Assembly: GCA_030704615.1 (NCBI GenBank)
Contig: CM060732.1
Span: 58,528,001-58,592,000, forward strand
From: Takakia lepidozioides
Taxonomy: Eukaryota > Plantae > Bryophyta
Length of the DNA stretch: 64,000 nucleotides
Direction of reading: 5' to 3'
Below the pieces are notes generated by a model. It had not been told where the DNA came from. It did no database searches and saw nothing but the letters and a program-made list of their open reading frames with translations. A program made the translations under genes and the position numbers. Shown piece after piece: positions 24,120-35,899 of this stretch; positions within the stretch are counted from its first letter, which is position 1; each line of letters opens with the position of its first letter.

Positions 24120-27100
24120 ATGGTGACTAACATTCCATTTTACGGAAAGAAGGATGAGGATGTTTGCAGCTGGATCCAGAATCTGAAAAGGGATGGTGAG
24201 AGGAGGAGCTTTGACGAGCACAAGTTATTTATATCGGCAAGGCTGAATCTCAAGGCACGGGCTGACACTTGGCATCGAATGCAAAAACCAAGGTCCATGA
24301 ACTGGCATGATTTTCAAGTAGCCATAATCTTGAAATTTGGAGGAGAAGATCAATCAAGTAAGAATGAAGTGATGTTAGCAAGGAAGTTTGATGAGATAGA
24401 TACCAATGTGGAAGAGTCTGTTACAGGGATGGAAGAGAAATTATCTCTGATTGAGAAGGATAAGCACAACAGGTTCACACCTGTGAGTTCTATTGATCAT
24501 AAACCTATACCAGATCACAAAACAATGTCACGGAGGTGCTTTAGGGAGAAGAACCACACCAGTGAAGTCCCTGCAATGCTTCCTCGAGTTCTCAACTTGA
24601 ACAAAACAAGGCAGCAAGTAGAGTGTTGCACTGCATGTCCATCAAGACAGAATCAGATCCGAAGTGAAAAGAATCACCGGCTGGGGCTGCAAATGGGAGC
24701 ATGTGGAATGCAAGATTCAGGCTGTGAAATGTTGGAACAATGGGAGTCGAAGAGCAGCAGAAGGATGGAATTCGAATGTGTAAGCTCTCTTGGCACAAAC
24801 GTTGTGAATGTGTTTTGTGATGTGGAAGAAGAGATCTTGGAAGATATCTTTTGTTCAACAGAGAGTCAATCAGGTGTCAATGAAGAGAGTGCACCCAGGT
24901 TGCAAGTTCCTGTGCAGATCCTAAGGTCTTCTACAAAGGCACATGTAGATCAAGACATGCTTGGGGAGTATGGGCATAGTGTTGCCAACTCACCAAGGAT
25001 TAGTGGTACAACCTGTGAAGTGAGTGTCTTGAGAGACGAAGATGACAAGGAATCTTGGGCAGATCTGATGGGATGGGTAGAGGAAGAGTGTACATTGCTC
25101 GTTCAAACGAGAAAGGGTCTGGATCAAGATGCACCTCTGGAATCAGACATAAAGGATGCACAGTTGGAGATAGAGCAAGACATGCGGAAAAAATGTGGAA
25201 CCAAGCAAGAGTTAGAAGCAAGGGATGATTGTCTTGATCATGATACCGCCACCACACCAATATACAGAAATCTTGATGTCATCAACGACAACGTGCAAGG
25301 GTTGTGTGGTCAAAATTTATTGAGTGAAGAAGAGTTCAGAAGTAGGAAGTTTCAGTTGGACGACCAATGCTATGTAGATGGGCAGGTCACTGCCTTTTGT
25401 TCATCCAAGAAGGGTCATATGGAGTGTAAAGAAAGACACACATGTGGACACCAATTGGGAATGGGAGGAGTGAGATGTGCGCAATGCAAGACAAAGGAGG
25501 ACAATGAACCTGAATACAAAAGGAGTTCGGAACACTCAAGTAAAGGAGGACATACGACCAATATAGCACATGAGAAGGATGACAAGGAAGATGGTATGTC
25601 TAAGTGGATGTTGGTTGAGTGCACAAGAGACATCAGCTTGCATGACAACTTGGGATCAGATGTGAGTCCGCTGAAATCACCAGTTCGTGCCAAAAGCCAG
25701 AGTGTCTCTCCAGCCCTTGAAACTGTAGATGTTGATACAAGGAAACTTGAATTCCCACCCACAAAACAAAGGATGGGAGATTTGAGTACCGTTCACAAGA
25801 AAGATTTGAAATCTTCTCACGGTTCAACACTCTTGTTGTGGAAAATGGGGAAACTAGCAGCAAAGTTTGACTCTCTTAGAGAGATGCATCTTGGGATGGA
25901 GAGGATGCATAGGGATCAGAAAGAGAAGGTTGGCCTTTCTGCTGAGAAGACCCTGGTTGACCTGATAACGTTCAGAGGTCAGCCAATGAACTATGCCCAA
26001 CAAAGGGTATGGGATCCGGGTACACGAGGACATCTGAGAATGCTCAGTGCAAGCTCAAGCATTAAAGTGAAGGAGCTGCATGTCTTGTATGGGAGGCAGC
26101 TCATGGCAGATGCTGGAGATAAAGGAGAGAAGCCCAAACAGGTGACGTTCCTGTGTGTGTTGAATGCATGTGCGAACCTGGCAGACCGGGTAAAAGGCGA
26201 AGAGGTCCATGGTGACAGTATCAAATCTGGTATTGCACCAGATATCATTATGGAGACTGCCATTGTTGACAGGTATGCCAAACGTGGGAGCATGAATGCA
26301 CAACATGTGTGTGACAATATGTCTCACAGAAAAGTGGGGCCATGGAGAGTAATGATTGCAGGTTATGCCCAGCATGGCTCTGAAGCACAGACCCTGCAAC
26401 TGTTTGAACAAATGGAGCAGGAAGGTATGCCACCCAATCTGCTCTCATGGAGTGCAATGATTTCAGGATATGCCCAGCATGGTTGTGAAATTCAGGCTCA
26501 GGAGATGGATGGGCAGTTGATGTGGGAGGCTATGAAGCCTACCCATGTCACGATCACTTCTACTTGCAAGGCATACACCAGCCCTGAATCTCTTAAAGAG
26601 GGCAGGCTGGTTGAAAGGGAAGAAGGAAGGCATGGTAACCAAAGGGTTGCCCATGACTTGCCACCAACAATGCAAATGAAATTGCAGCCTGCTGTTGAGG
26701 ACAACCTGCATGCAGGAAATGAGGCAGTACGAAAGGTGCAAGTGTCGATGGGAGCACAAGTGGTAGCTGAGATTCAAAACAAGGAGCCAGGGAGCAACAT
26801 CAAAATTGGGAAACGCTGGTTTGTATGGGAAGGAGATCAGGACCTGCCTGGCATGAACTACAAGAAGAGGAAGAAGGCATTGTCACAAATTGGACTTGCT
26901 CTGGCCGGCGGAACAAATGGACAGCCGGGACACTGTCACTTAAATAAGAGAGGCTGGACGACGATGCAAGCTCAGGGATGGAGCACGAAAACTGTGGCCA
27001 GGGAAGAAGGCCATGAAATTGGCATGATGAGTTGCATGGAAACCAGGTGGTGGTGTCAGTTTGAGAACAACCCTGCTCGCACCAGCCAGACAGAAGTGGC

Positions 27101-27395
27101 CATGAAGATTATGAGCAGAGAGGGGTTTCCCTTTGCTGAAGGCCAAGGCATGACAATCAAAAACAATATTATGAACGGACCTCTCCAAGATATCTGGAGC
27201 AGAAACAGAAGGGGAATTAACACAATGTACCTGTTGGGAGTACCTTATGATCCTGGAAGGGAAGCTGCACGCAAATGCAGGCTAAGAGATGGGGCAAACA
27301 AGGAATGGGTAAGAAGTAGGCGAGATTTGAAACCATTCATACCACCAGTGGGTGGTCAGCCAGTGAAGGTGGTCAGTGAGGACCCTGACACTTAA
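24120..27395 (+). CDS. Gag-like / PLS-PPR chimeric ORF, copy 3
   Basis: Translation identical to copy 2 except one A>V change. Confidence 0.8.
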   Translation: MVTNIPFYGKKDEDVCSWIQNLKRDGERRSFDEHKLFISARLNLKARADTWHRMQKPRSMNWHDFQVAIILKFGGEDQSSKNEVMLARKFDEIDTNVEESVTGMEEKLSLIEKDKHNRFTPVSSIDHKPIPDHKTMSRRCFREKNHTSEVPAMLPRVLNLNKTRQQVECCTACPSRQNQIRSEKNHRLGLQMGACGMQDSGCEMLEQWESKSSRRMEFECVSSLGTNVVNVFCDVEEEILEDIFCSTESQSGVNEESAPRLQVPVQILRSSTKAHVDQDMLGEYGHSVANSPRISGTTCEVSVLRDEDDKESWADLMGWVEEECTLLVQTRKGLDQDAPLESDIKDAQLEIEQDMRKKCGTKQELEARDDCLDHDTATTPIYRNLDVINDNVQGLCGQNLLSEEEFRSRKFQLDDQCYVDGQVTAFCSSKKGHMECKERHTCGHQLGMGGVRCAQCKTKEDNEPEYKRSSEHSSKGGHTTNIAHEKDDKEDGMSKWMLVECTRDISLHDNLGSDVSPLKSPVRAKSQSVSPALETVDVDTRKLEFPPTKQRMGDLSTVHKKDLKSSHGSTLLLWKMGKLAAKFDSLREMHLGMERMHRDQKEKVGLSAEKTLVDLITFRGQPMNYAQQRVWDPGTRGHLRMLSASSSIKVKELHVLYGRQLMADAGDKGEKPKQVTFLCVLNACANLADRVKGEEVHGDSIKSGIAPDIIMETAIVDRYAKRGSMNAQHVCDNMSHRKVGPWRVMIAGYAQHGSEAQTLQLFEQMEQEGMPPNLLSWSAMISGYAQHGCEIQAQEMDGQLMWEAMKPTHVTITSTCKAYTSPESLKEGRLVEREEGRHGNQRVAHDLPPTMQMKLQPAVEDNLHAGNEAVRKVQVSMGAQVVAEIQNKEPGSNIKIGKRWFVWEGDQDLPGMNYKKRKKALSQIGLALAGGTNGQPGHCHLNKRGWTTMQAQGWSTKTVAREEGHEIGMMSCMETRWWCQFENNPARTSQTEVAMKIMSREGFPFAEGQGMTIKNNIMNGPLQDIWSRNRRGINTMYLLGVPYDPGREAARKCRLRDGANKEWVRSRRDLKPFIPPVGGQPVKVVSEDPDT

Positions 27396-27415
27396 AAAGG
27401 GAGACACACTACATA

Positions 27416-29082
27416 TGTAGTGTGAATGCAGGGGAGTGACATTACATTTTGGCTTCACCGTTAAGACCCTGCATCACTATAATGGGAGGGCCCTCATACC
27501 AACTGCAAGAGGGATATATCCCTCCATACAGGTAATTTTGTGGGCATACTGTACTCATGCGTTGCCAAAATAAAAATGGCTAAGTCGTGACCATGCATTT
27601 TTCATCCATGCGATGAACGTTTTCGTCATTGATGCTCAACCTAAAATCCGCGAGGAAGAAAAAACGAAGAGGAAGGTGACGGGCGATTCGTAGCAGCTGC
27701 CGCGAGCTGTGGTGTTGACAGGGCAGTCTGTGTTGAGAGGTTGTACCTGCGCTGTGGGACTTCGCTTGGTTTAGAGGGCAGCATTAAGTGCCTCTGCTTG
27801 GTATTCTGTGTAAAGGGAAGCGGTGCCGTCTTTCTCGTTGTGATGATCAATTCATGGAGATAGGAGCATGTAAGGAGAGCGGCGCACCACCGCTGCCGCC
27901 ACTGTCTTGAAGATGACAGTTATGGGCAGATGAGCAAGCAAGGAGAACGGCCACCTGCCAGAAGCACAAGGAAGAGAATCTGAGCACAATCAATGGAGGT
28001 GATAAGGCATGTGGAGTGCTGGCTGGATGGCAACACAGGTTATCTGTAATCAGGCTTCTAGCTGCCTTTTTGTCTTCTTGCTATAGGTCCATTTCAGTTC
28101 TTAAAGAGCTACATGCATAGAAGAATAGAGCAATTTAGTTGGCAAACCACAGGATGCTCCATAGGATGATGAGGAGACATCATGGCATGATAAACTCTGG
28201 AATCAAGACAAGGAGAAAAGGTTGTGGTGGCTGCTGACAGGCGATGGTGAGGTGCCATCTCGGCAGGCTGACCCACCGCTTCACTGGAGGATAAAAACAG
28301 ATAAGTTGGTAGACTGTGGGCTTCTTCTTTGGGGTGGACTTAGAAATCGCTTTTGGTAGATTTAGGACTGCCCTGGTTGTTGAAAGGAAAGGGTGGAGAC
28401 ATGTGATAGAGGAAAGGTTTTTGGAAATGGAATGGAGACTCTGGACTTCAAACCAGAACATGGAAGGAATGGATACACCTGCCGTCGTAGTGTCAGTAAG
28501 AAAAATGAGTGAAGAGAGAGAGAGAGAGACTGTTGTCACAGAAAACAGAATGGTCACTGTTGTCTTCATTCTTGTTCTTGTTTCAGTGTTGTAAACCTGC
28601 ACACAATGCTGCGGGGGGGGGTAGTGATACACTGGACCCAATGTAGATATAGCTTGTTTGCTTGGACAGATAACTGAGGGTTAGCTGGAACTGTATGAAA
28701 ACACAAAAGGGATAAGGTGTGATTTCAGCATTGTATCAGGATATGAACGACTTAAGCCCTTTTGTTGAAAGGAAAGGAGAGATGTTGGGTATTCAGGTTG
28801 AATCTGAAGAAGGGATGAGAGCTGTTTTGGGAAATGGGATCTTTTAAAAGAAAGGGGTAGTGTGAAGGGTTGAGTATTGACGGAGAGAAGAGAGAGAGAG
28901 AGAGATAGAGAGACTGATGAAAGGGATGGTTTTGCCTTGTGAGACCAAGGATGACTTCATGGCTGGCTGCACTGGATGCCTGGCGGAGTGTGCATTTGCA
29001 TTACGTGATAGATGGGCTGTATGTGAAGAAGTAAGGAGCCTGTAGACATAGACAGAGATAGAGAAACAGACGAGAAAAGGAA

Positions 29083-29125
<43 letters not shown>

Positions 29126-29666
29126 GCTGCTCAGCAAAAAGGGTTGATGGGGGGATGGCCAACTTGGGGAGATTGAGATGAAGAAAGCATGAATCCTGAA
29201 GGAAAACCAGTGCCCCTGCAGTTTATGAAGATCTGAGCTGTCTCCCTCTAAATCTGTGTCACCATTACAAAAAGGGATTTCCGACATGTCACTGCTCAAG
29301 GGGGTTCACATTAAGGGTCGTATTCACCGCTGCCATTGGGCTGCTTGCATCACATAAAAGATCACGCCAACACTGTTGGCGCAGTGAGCATAGGGCCAGG
29401 CTGTTGCATAGAAGTAGAACCGAGGGCAAGAACAAACCAAAGACTCCCATCCATGTCTTCTCTTCCGCTGCGGCGTGGATGAGGATTCCGCAAACTCTGA
29501 TCACGAACGAACCTGAAGGAAAAACCCATATAGCCTCATGACGATGGTTGGACAGAAAAGAGAACGCTCCTTTCCTTTGCCCTGATACTTCAACAGGGAC
29601 GAGTAGGAGGAGTACAGATTTAGGATTAACCAGAAGGGGATTCACGCCCCTTCTTTTCACACTACA
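27416..29666 (+). repeat. LTR 4 (terminal; the only copy ending in CACACTACA)
   Basis: ..CCCCTTCTTTT-CACACTACA then TSD GTTC. Confidence 0.9.
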
Positions 29667-30205
29667 GTTCGTCAGGTCGAAAGTTGGGGCCTGTACGTAG
29701 TGATCCTGTGTGGGCGTTGAACTCTCCAACCAAAAAGATGTTTGTGTGTGGGGTACATAGACGGAACAAATCCGCTTCCAAGGGAACATACGGTGAATCT
29801 TGTACGCATGTGAAGGCCGCTGTGTGGAGATGCAGTCGGGGCAAAATAACATCCCGCCAGTAAAATATTTGGTTGAGGGTTGTAGCCTTTGATGTGACAC
29901 CAAATGTACCTTGCCAATGGATCTTTGTATAGGAAAGAAACATATGGGAGAAGTCAGTCAGCAAAGTCATAAGCAACCCCACCAGAGCTTTTGAGACATG
30001 TGCGTGGACGGGTCACTGACTGGAAGCTATAACCAAGAATAAAAGGGGGATCATTTACTTCATACGCATGAGTTTCTAAGAGAAAAAGAATATCACACTA
30101 ATTTTAAAGGATATCCGAGAGCCCTTGCGGATGGCTCCACAACGAGCCATTGCAGTTCCATGAGCCAATGTTTAGATGTTTAGATGAGCGCGTGGTGGTC
30201 TCATG
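29667..30205 (-). pseudogene. LINE ORF2 N-terminal endonuclease
   Basis: HLNIGSWNCNG..FLLETH..ILLAGCYFAP..IFLVGEFNAHTG motifs; frameshifted. Confidence 0.8.
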
Positions 30206-30257
30206 GGGCCCCGACTCCTATTTAGAAGAGAGGCACGACGCTCTTGTTGTCTAATAA

Positions 30258-30923
30258 TTACCCTCCCATCTCGGTATACCGCGTAATGTCTTTATACTCG
30301 AGCCTGTTTGACCTGCTCGAATTGAGCCCGCATGACATTATATGCATGGGGGTCAGATCATCATTCAAGTATATGTCATGTCCTCTCAATTGAGGCCTCT
30401 GGCGGAGAACCCTCTCCCTGGCACCGCTGTCTTTAAATCTAATGAACATGACTTTATGCTCCGAAGATCCTGCATGCCAAGCCCGTTCAATGCCACTCGC
30501 TCTTCATGGTAGAGCCAGGTTTTGCTGAATGAGGGTGGTTGCTGCTTCAAGGGGTCACCCTCTGCCAGGTTCCTCAACTTCCCAGTAACGCAGATGTTAA
30601 GGGCTTTGAAAGCCCGTTGTTGTTCATCCCTCAAGGTAGCCGATACTGTCTCTTCTAAAGAGCGGGAGTGTTGTTGGATGGTCTTGTGTTTCCCTTGACT
30701 ATGTTAGCCCAAGAAGAAGCCTTTGCCTTATGAGCTTGGAGTTCTTGGGCCATTGAATAAGTCTCCATCTTATGGGTTTCCGGCTCTTTAAAGTAAGAGT
30801 TTCCATCTGTTGGTGGATACTTGTCATGGGTGCACTGGAAGTGTTCATCTCTATTAAGGTCCCCACTTCCCCTTCCAGTTTAGAGATACGCATGCAAGTT
30901 GCTTTGGTATTGAGTTGTTTCAA
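30258..30923 (-). pseudogene. LINE ORF1 remnant
   Basis: Coiled-coil-like segment, ALNICVTG and IRFKDSGARERVLRQRPQLRGHDIYLNDDLTP (LINE ORF1 'IYINEDLT'-type motif), upstream of ORF2. Confidence 0.7.
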
Positions 30924-33900
30924 CAGACTCTCTACCTTGGTATTGCTCTATGTAGATGCATATATTGGTACAAATTTCTTTTCAGATCGTTCTTGATCTT
31001 AAGGCAGACAGTTTAGACATTGTATTGCCAAAACAGGGCAGTTTGCGAGTTATCTGGGAATTGCTGGTAAAGCACGTATGAATTTAGATTATGTTTGAGA
31101 AGACCATGGAGGAGCTCTGGCGTCAAAATGACCGTAGGGAGCTGCATCGACAGCGAGTTAGGCTGCCAATTCGGTACCAGTAACGACAACATGCACATGT
31201 TCGAAACAATACATGACGACTGTACCAGTCCCGGATTGCGATCTCTCTATTCTCCCGCCTTTCAAGTCCACTAGGAGCACGCGGCGAGGAGTCTTGGCAA
31301 TTGGAGGAAACAATCTGTATAGCGATGAAATATCGCGACAAAACAAGTGCTGCATCGGAGCAAACGACGGGTGAATGAGCTTTCCAGTGAAGTTTTGGAC
31401 TCCTTAGTGATGCAAAGTGTGTAGGAGGGAACTCCAGATGATCTGTGACCCAGTGGCAGGGCCAAAGACCCCCTGGGGGCACCACCAGTATTTTTATTGC
31501 CAGAAAGCGGCAAACTGCCTATATGACGAAACCATGGAAACCAACCAAAGGTGTGGCTTTTCTTCCCTGATTCCCTTTGAGATTTTATGGGCAGCTACGG
31601 GGCATCTAATTACAATTTTTTACCAAGTTTGGGGATTTTTTGGAGATGATAAAAGACGACATCAAATTATCAAACCGGAGGCAGTTGCGAAAGGCGATTA
31701 AATAGAATTCTAGTTCATCCAATGGATGAAAACTGGAAATTCGACCTCCAAGATGAATGGATGAGAAGACAATCTAGCGCCAACTGGTCATCCTGGATGG
31801 ATGAAAAACCAGATTTATCATTAATACCAAGGTTTTCCATCCATGGTTATTATTTTATGGTGTTCTATCATTTTTAAATTATAGACTCGTGTAAGAAATA
31901 ATAATTTAAGATTATCCTTCACTAGTATAAGAGGCCCCAAAAACACAATAAAAGAAGAGCAGGCTCCTCTTGTTCTTCATCTAGTCTCATTTCTTTGCTT
32001 TGGCCTCTTGCTTGTGTAGTTAGTTTTGAGCTTGAGGGAACTAGATCCTAGAGGGTTGAGCTTGTGGCTTTCTAGTAGTAAAAGCAAGCATAGTGAGAGC
32101 AGGATAGTCCTAGCTCAAGGCCTTGTGGCCATTTGAGGCAAGAAGTAGAGGAAGCACTCCATGACGTGAGAGACTTGATGATGAGTAGAAGTACCGAAGG
32201 AGGACCAGATTTGAGTACCATTCTACCAAGCGATTTAGTGCATCCCAAACACCACTTGTTTCAGAGGGTGACTTACCATATTATCTTGACATTTGAATTC
32301 ATTTGTTTCATTTATTGTTCAAGCTTATTCCAAGAAGGGACCTTATAGCATTGCTTGCTAGAAATCTATAAAAACTAACCCTCTTTCAAAGAGGATGTGT
32401 ATGCATCTGTATGTGCATGTGTAAAGAGTACAGATGTAAAGCCCCAAGAGACAGGGCCTTAGGAATCTAACCCAATTACGTCATGGAAGTGAGGGTAGAT
32501 GTCCATTATTATGTTTAAGGAGAGGGCGAGCTCGCATGAAGTGACGAAGCTCTTGTCAAATTTCCATTTCTAGCTTAGTGGCAACGGCCATATTGCATGA
32601 GACGGCGAAGCTATCGCCAAAATTTCCATATTATTAATTTCATATCTATGTTCATAAGCCCCCTGGCCATACAGGACCATGGGAGACAGTGCTAACTAGC
32701 TTTATAAGTGGTTAAGCTATTTTGTAGAGAGCTGCCAGAAAAGGCAGAGCCCAACACTTAAGTGCCGGCGCCTTAGGCGCCTCTAGGCTAGAGGTCAACC
32801 ATGGAGGTTGCCTAGAATCGCCATGGAAAGACGCATCTAACACGATGGCGCGGCCTTCCCCCCTGCGGGGAGTTGACCTCTGGAACAAAGTACGGGTTGC
32901 TGGTACATTGCGTCAGCACCAGGCGCCATAGCTAGGCCCTCGCAGGTACGACACGAGCGGCAGAGACGGCGGAGCCTGCTATTACCCACTGGACCGGCGC
33001 CAGCGGCGGGCAAGTCACGCCGCGCCACATAGCGCTGGCCGCAGGGTATCGGTTTTAACCGCTGGATATTACAACGGACCCCGCCATGGACTGTTGGTCC
33101 CTGGTACGGGTATTTTAAGGGGGGTTTTCTCCCTATGCCTTTGATTTCTTGTGCACTATTCATGGTGTTCTTCTTGCATGGGAATGAAGGCGTGTTTTAG
33201 CAAATGATAAGAAATGGTTAGTACCATTGGATAGGCCCGATTGAGACCATCAGTTTGATATGTATTCCGGGGCTTGTGAAAGCATGGCTCACGGGTGGAT
33301 GCCACAGGCAGAGAGAGAGAGCCCAGAGACAAGGAGGAGAGACTCTATGGTAGGGGTTTCACAAGGTAGAAGATGACATGTTCCAACTTCGTTCTAGGCT
33401 GGTTGTTTGTATAAATTAATCAGATTATATTGGAAGTAGGTGGAAGAGGCGCAGGGAATGGATCTTGGGACCGACTGAAGGTTTAATCATTGATTACACA
33501 CCAGGGTGGCAATCAAATGAGAAACTGATGGGCGGCAGATTTCATTCATCCTGGCCCGGTGATTATTTAAGTCGCTAATGCGTTATTGATTGGTTTGGTA
33601 TAAGAATTTAGGGGCACTCCCAAGTGGAGAGCGGTTCCCCAATGCTCCCGACATAAAGGGCGTTCCCCTGGTACCGTGAGGGTAATTTAGTTAGCTCCAG
33701 AATCCTACGATGATTCTCTATTTCTACGAATTTCATGCATTTGTAGGAAGGTTTTAATTATTTGTTCTTTATTAGTCAGCAGGGTAATTCGCCTTTAATA
33801 AGGGGTTTTATCCGGACCCCCTTAACTTAAAACAAAAGCTTTAAAGGTATCGCCCCCTTCCGCCGAGGATATTTGAAGGCAAATACCCGGCCGCTGGGGG

Positions 33901-34439
33901 GCCTTGGGCCAAGGAACGGCCATTGTTGTATTAGATCTCGGGAATTACATAAAGGTTTGAATTATTATCATTCACCCGATGGACTGACCATTGAGGTTGA
34001 AACTTGGATCGCTCCAAGCAGGGGAGACTGACTTGGAAAAGCGGATCCGGTCCTTTCCTAGGAGGTAAGAAACTAATCCACCTCGGGATTTAGGGGGGGG
34101 GGCATTGGGCGGGAGATAGATGATCCCCGTCTCCCTAGGCTCGAGATTCGTTTTGTGATGGGATTTGAAGGTTCGTCCCGGCTATAAGCGTGTTGGGAGT
34201 CCAGGCATGTAGGAAGTAGTAATAACAAAGTCTTGGAAGGCAATTACGATTAAAGACGTAGAAAATCCATAAACAAAACGTAGGTCTAGGAAATGCAAAT
34301 CGCCCTATGAAGTGGAGTTGTTAAGCTTTGCTTTGTCGGTAGGAAGTTAGACTGTTTAGATCCATCCATAGCTGCCACAGACCCCTGCAGTTACCGCAGC
34401 CGGGTAGGCGGTTCGTTGGGTCCAACCTACACCGCAACT

Positions 34440-35145
34440 TGCCACGCCCCCTTAGGCTAGTAGGCCGTCACCCTGGTCGCGCGCGACCAGGGTCATCACT
34501 CTCTAAAAAAGAGGCTCACAAGACAGACACTTCAGCTTGCAGGCTCTCCAAAGCTTTGTCTCGAGCTGCACATAATTTCTTGACATCTTTGTCCTTGGCT
34601 GCAAGCAACTTCTCGACGTCTTTATCTCGTGCATTGAGCAGCTCTGCTGCAGCATCTCCTTGGAGATGCAACGAGATTGCAGGGTAGCTACTTGATCCCG
34701 TAGAATTTGGATATTGGCGCTCCGCGTGGAGTACTGTCGCAGAGGAAAAAGATGCTGAGAGGTCGGGCCAGGAAGTAGAAGTCTAGTGCCGAGAGTGGGT
34801 AGACCCTTGAGGTCATCCAAGATGTCATCCCCCATGTCATGGACTGGAAACAAGTTCAGGGAAGTTTTTTGCCTAACTTCATTTTCATCACACAATCTCA
34901 TGGCAACAGACATGGTTGGACACGATAGCTTCTAAGTCAAATTTATCCAGCAGAGTGAAGACTTGCGGTTCCAGGTCCATGTCCTTGAGAATCTCTTCTA
35001 TTGTCTTCTGCCAGGACCTAGCCTGTTTGACAGGGCGGTGGGCGGTCATGTTTCCAAAGTATAGAGTCGATTAACTTAGGATATCTGGTGTTGGACATAT
35101 TCTGCAGCTGACCCCACCATCTGACCTTAAACTCATCTCGTCGGG
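34440..35145 (-). repeat. Degenerate TE-like ORF remnant, same family as 290-645
   Basis: Nucleotide similarity to the window start; broken ORF 34503-34913; family not identifiable. Confidence 0.45.
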
Positions 35146-35899
35146 AGCTTAAGAAAGAGGGAGAAAAAGGGAGAGATCAGGGAAAATAAATAAATAAAAT
35201 AAAATAGACTGAGCAGCTGTTGCTCAGCAGCTGCAGCTGCAGCTGCTTGGTCACTCCCTCCCCAACTTTTTTTTTCCTTTGTTGCCCCATCTCTCCCTTT
35301 GTCTCCCTCTCTACTGGGAACCGGCAGGTTGTTATCAGTGTTGATTTCCTATTTTTTCACCCATACCGGATGAAGTTTTGACAGAGGCTCATCCATCCTC
35401 TCACTAGAAGCATTCGTGTCTTTTCCGAATCGACCGGGTGTCCGCCAACCACTCCGGGAACCACTTGGCAGTAAGCGAGACTACTGGAGAGTCGAAACGG
35501 ACAATGTGGGCCCACGGGGGCATTTCAGACGGCGGGTAGAAGTGGGGTCAACGACTCCGGAGTCGTAGCAAAAATCCGGGCTATTTAATTAATTACGGAA
35601 ATACATAAAAGCTGAAAAAACGGAAATTCCTTAATTACTGCACATGCGACTAGAAATTTTCATTCATAATTTGATTAATGGAATAAAGATATTTATTCAT
35701 TATAGTGAATATGTAGTCGACTCAACGACTCCATGAACCACTGCACATTGATTGCACCCGTGATTCGGGGCCACATTTGCTGACGTGTGTTTCACAAGAA
35801 CAAATAAAGAAAATGTGGCCTTGGGGGAATAGACATTTTAATATGTACTGCCTCCACCTGGAAGTGACATGGAAGGTCCATAGTCCAGCTTGTAAGGTT

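Larger units (their letters stand above)
10579..29666 (+). mobile_element. Tandem array of a non-autonomous LTR retroelement: LTR-ORF-LTR-ORF-LTR-ORF-LTR
   Basis: Outer termini TGTAGTGTGAA..TTCACACTACA (11-bp inverted repeat); 4-bp TSD GTTC at 10575-10578 and 29667-29670; periods 5610, 5614 and 5613 bp; PBS and PPT in every unit; the empty site restores LINE frame FDLTN|PLDT. Confidence 0.93.

Noticed and set aside
31890-34400. LTR-like or TE-internal sequence
   Set aside because: It looks repetitive-element-like, but no paired termini, PBS, TSD or recognisable domain could be established.
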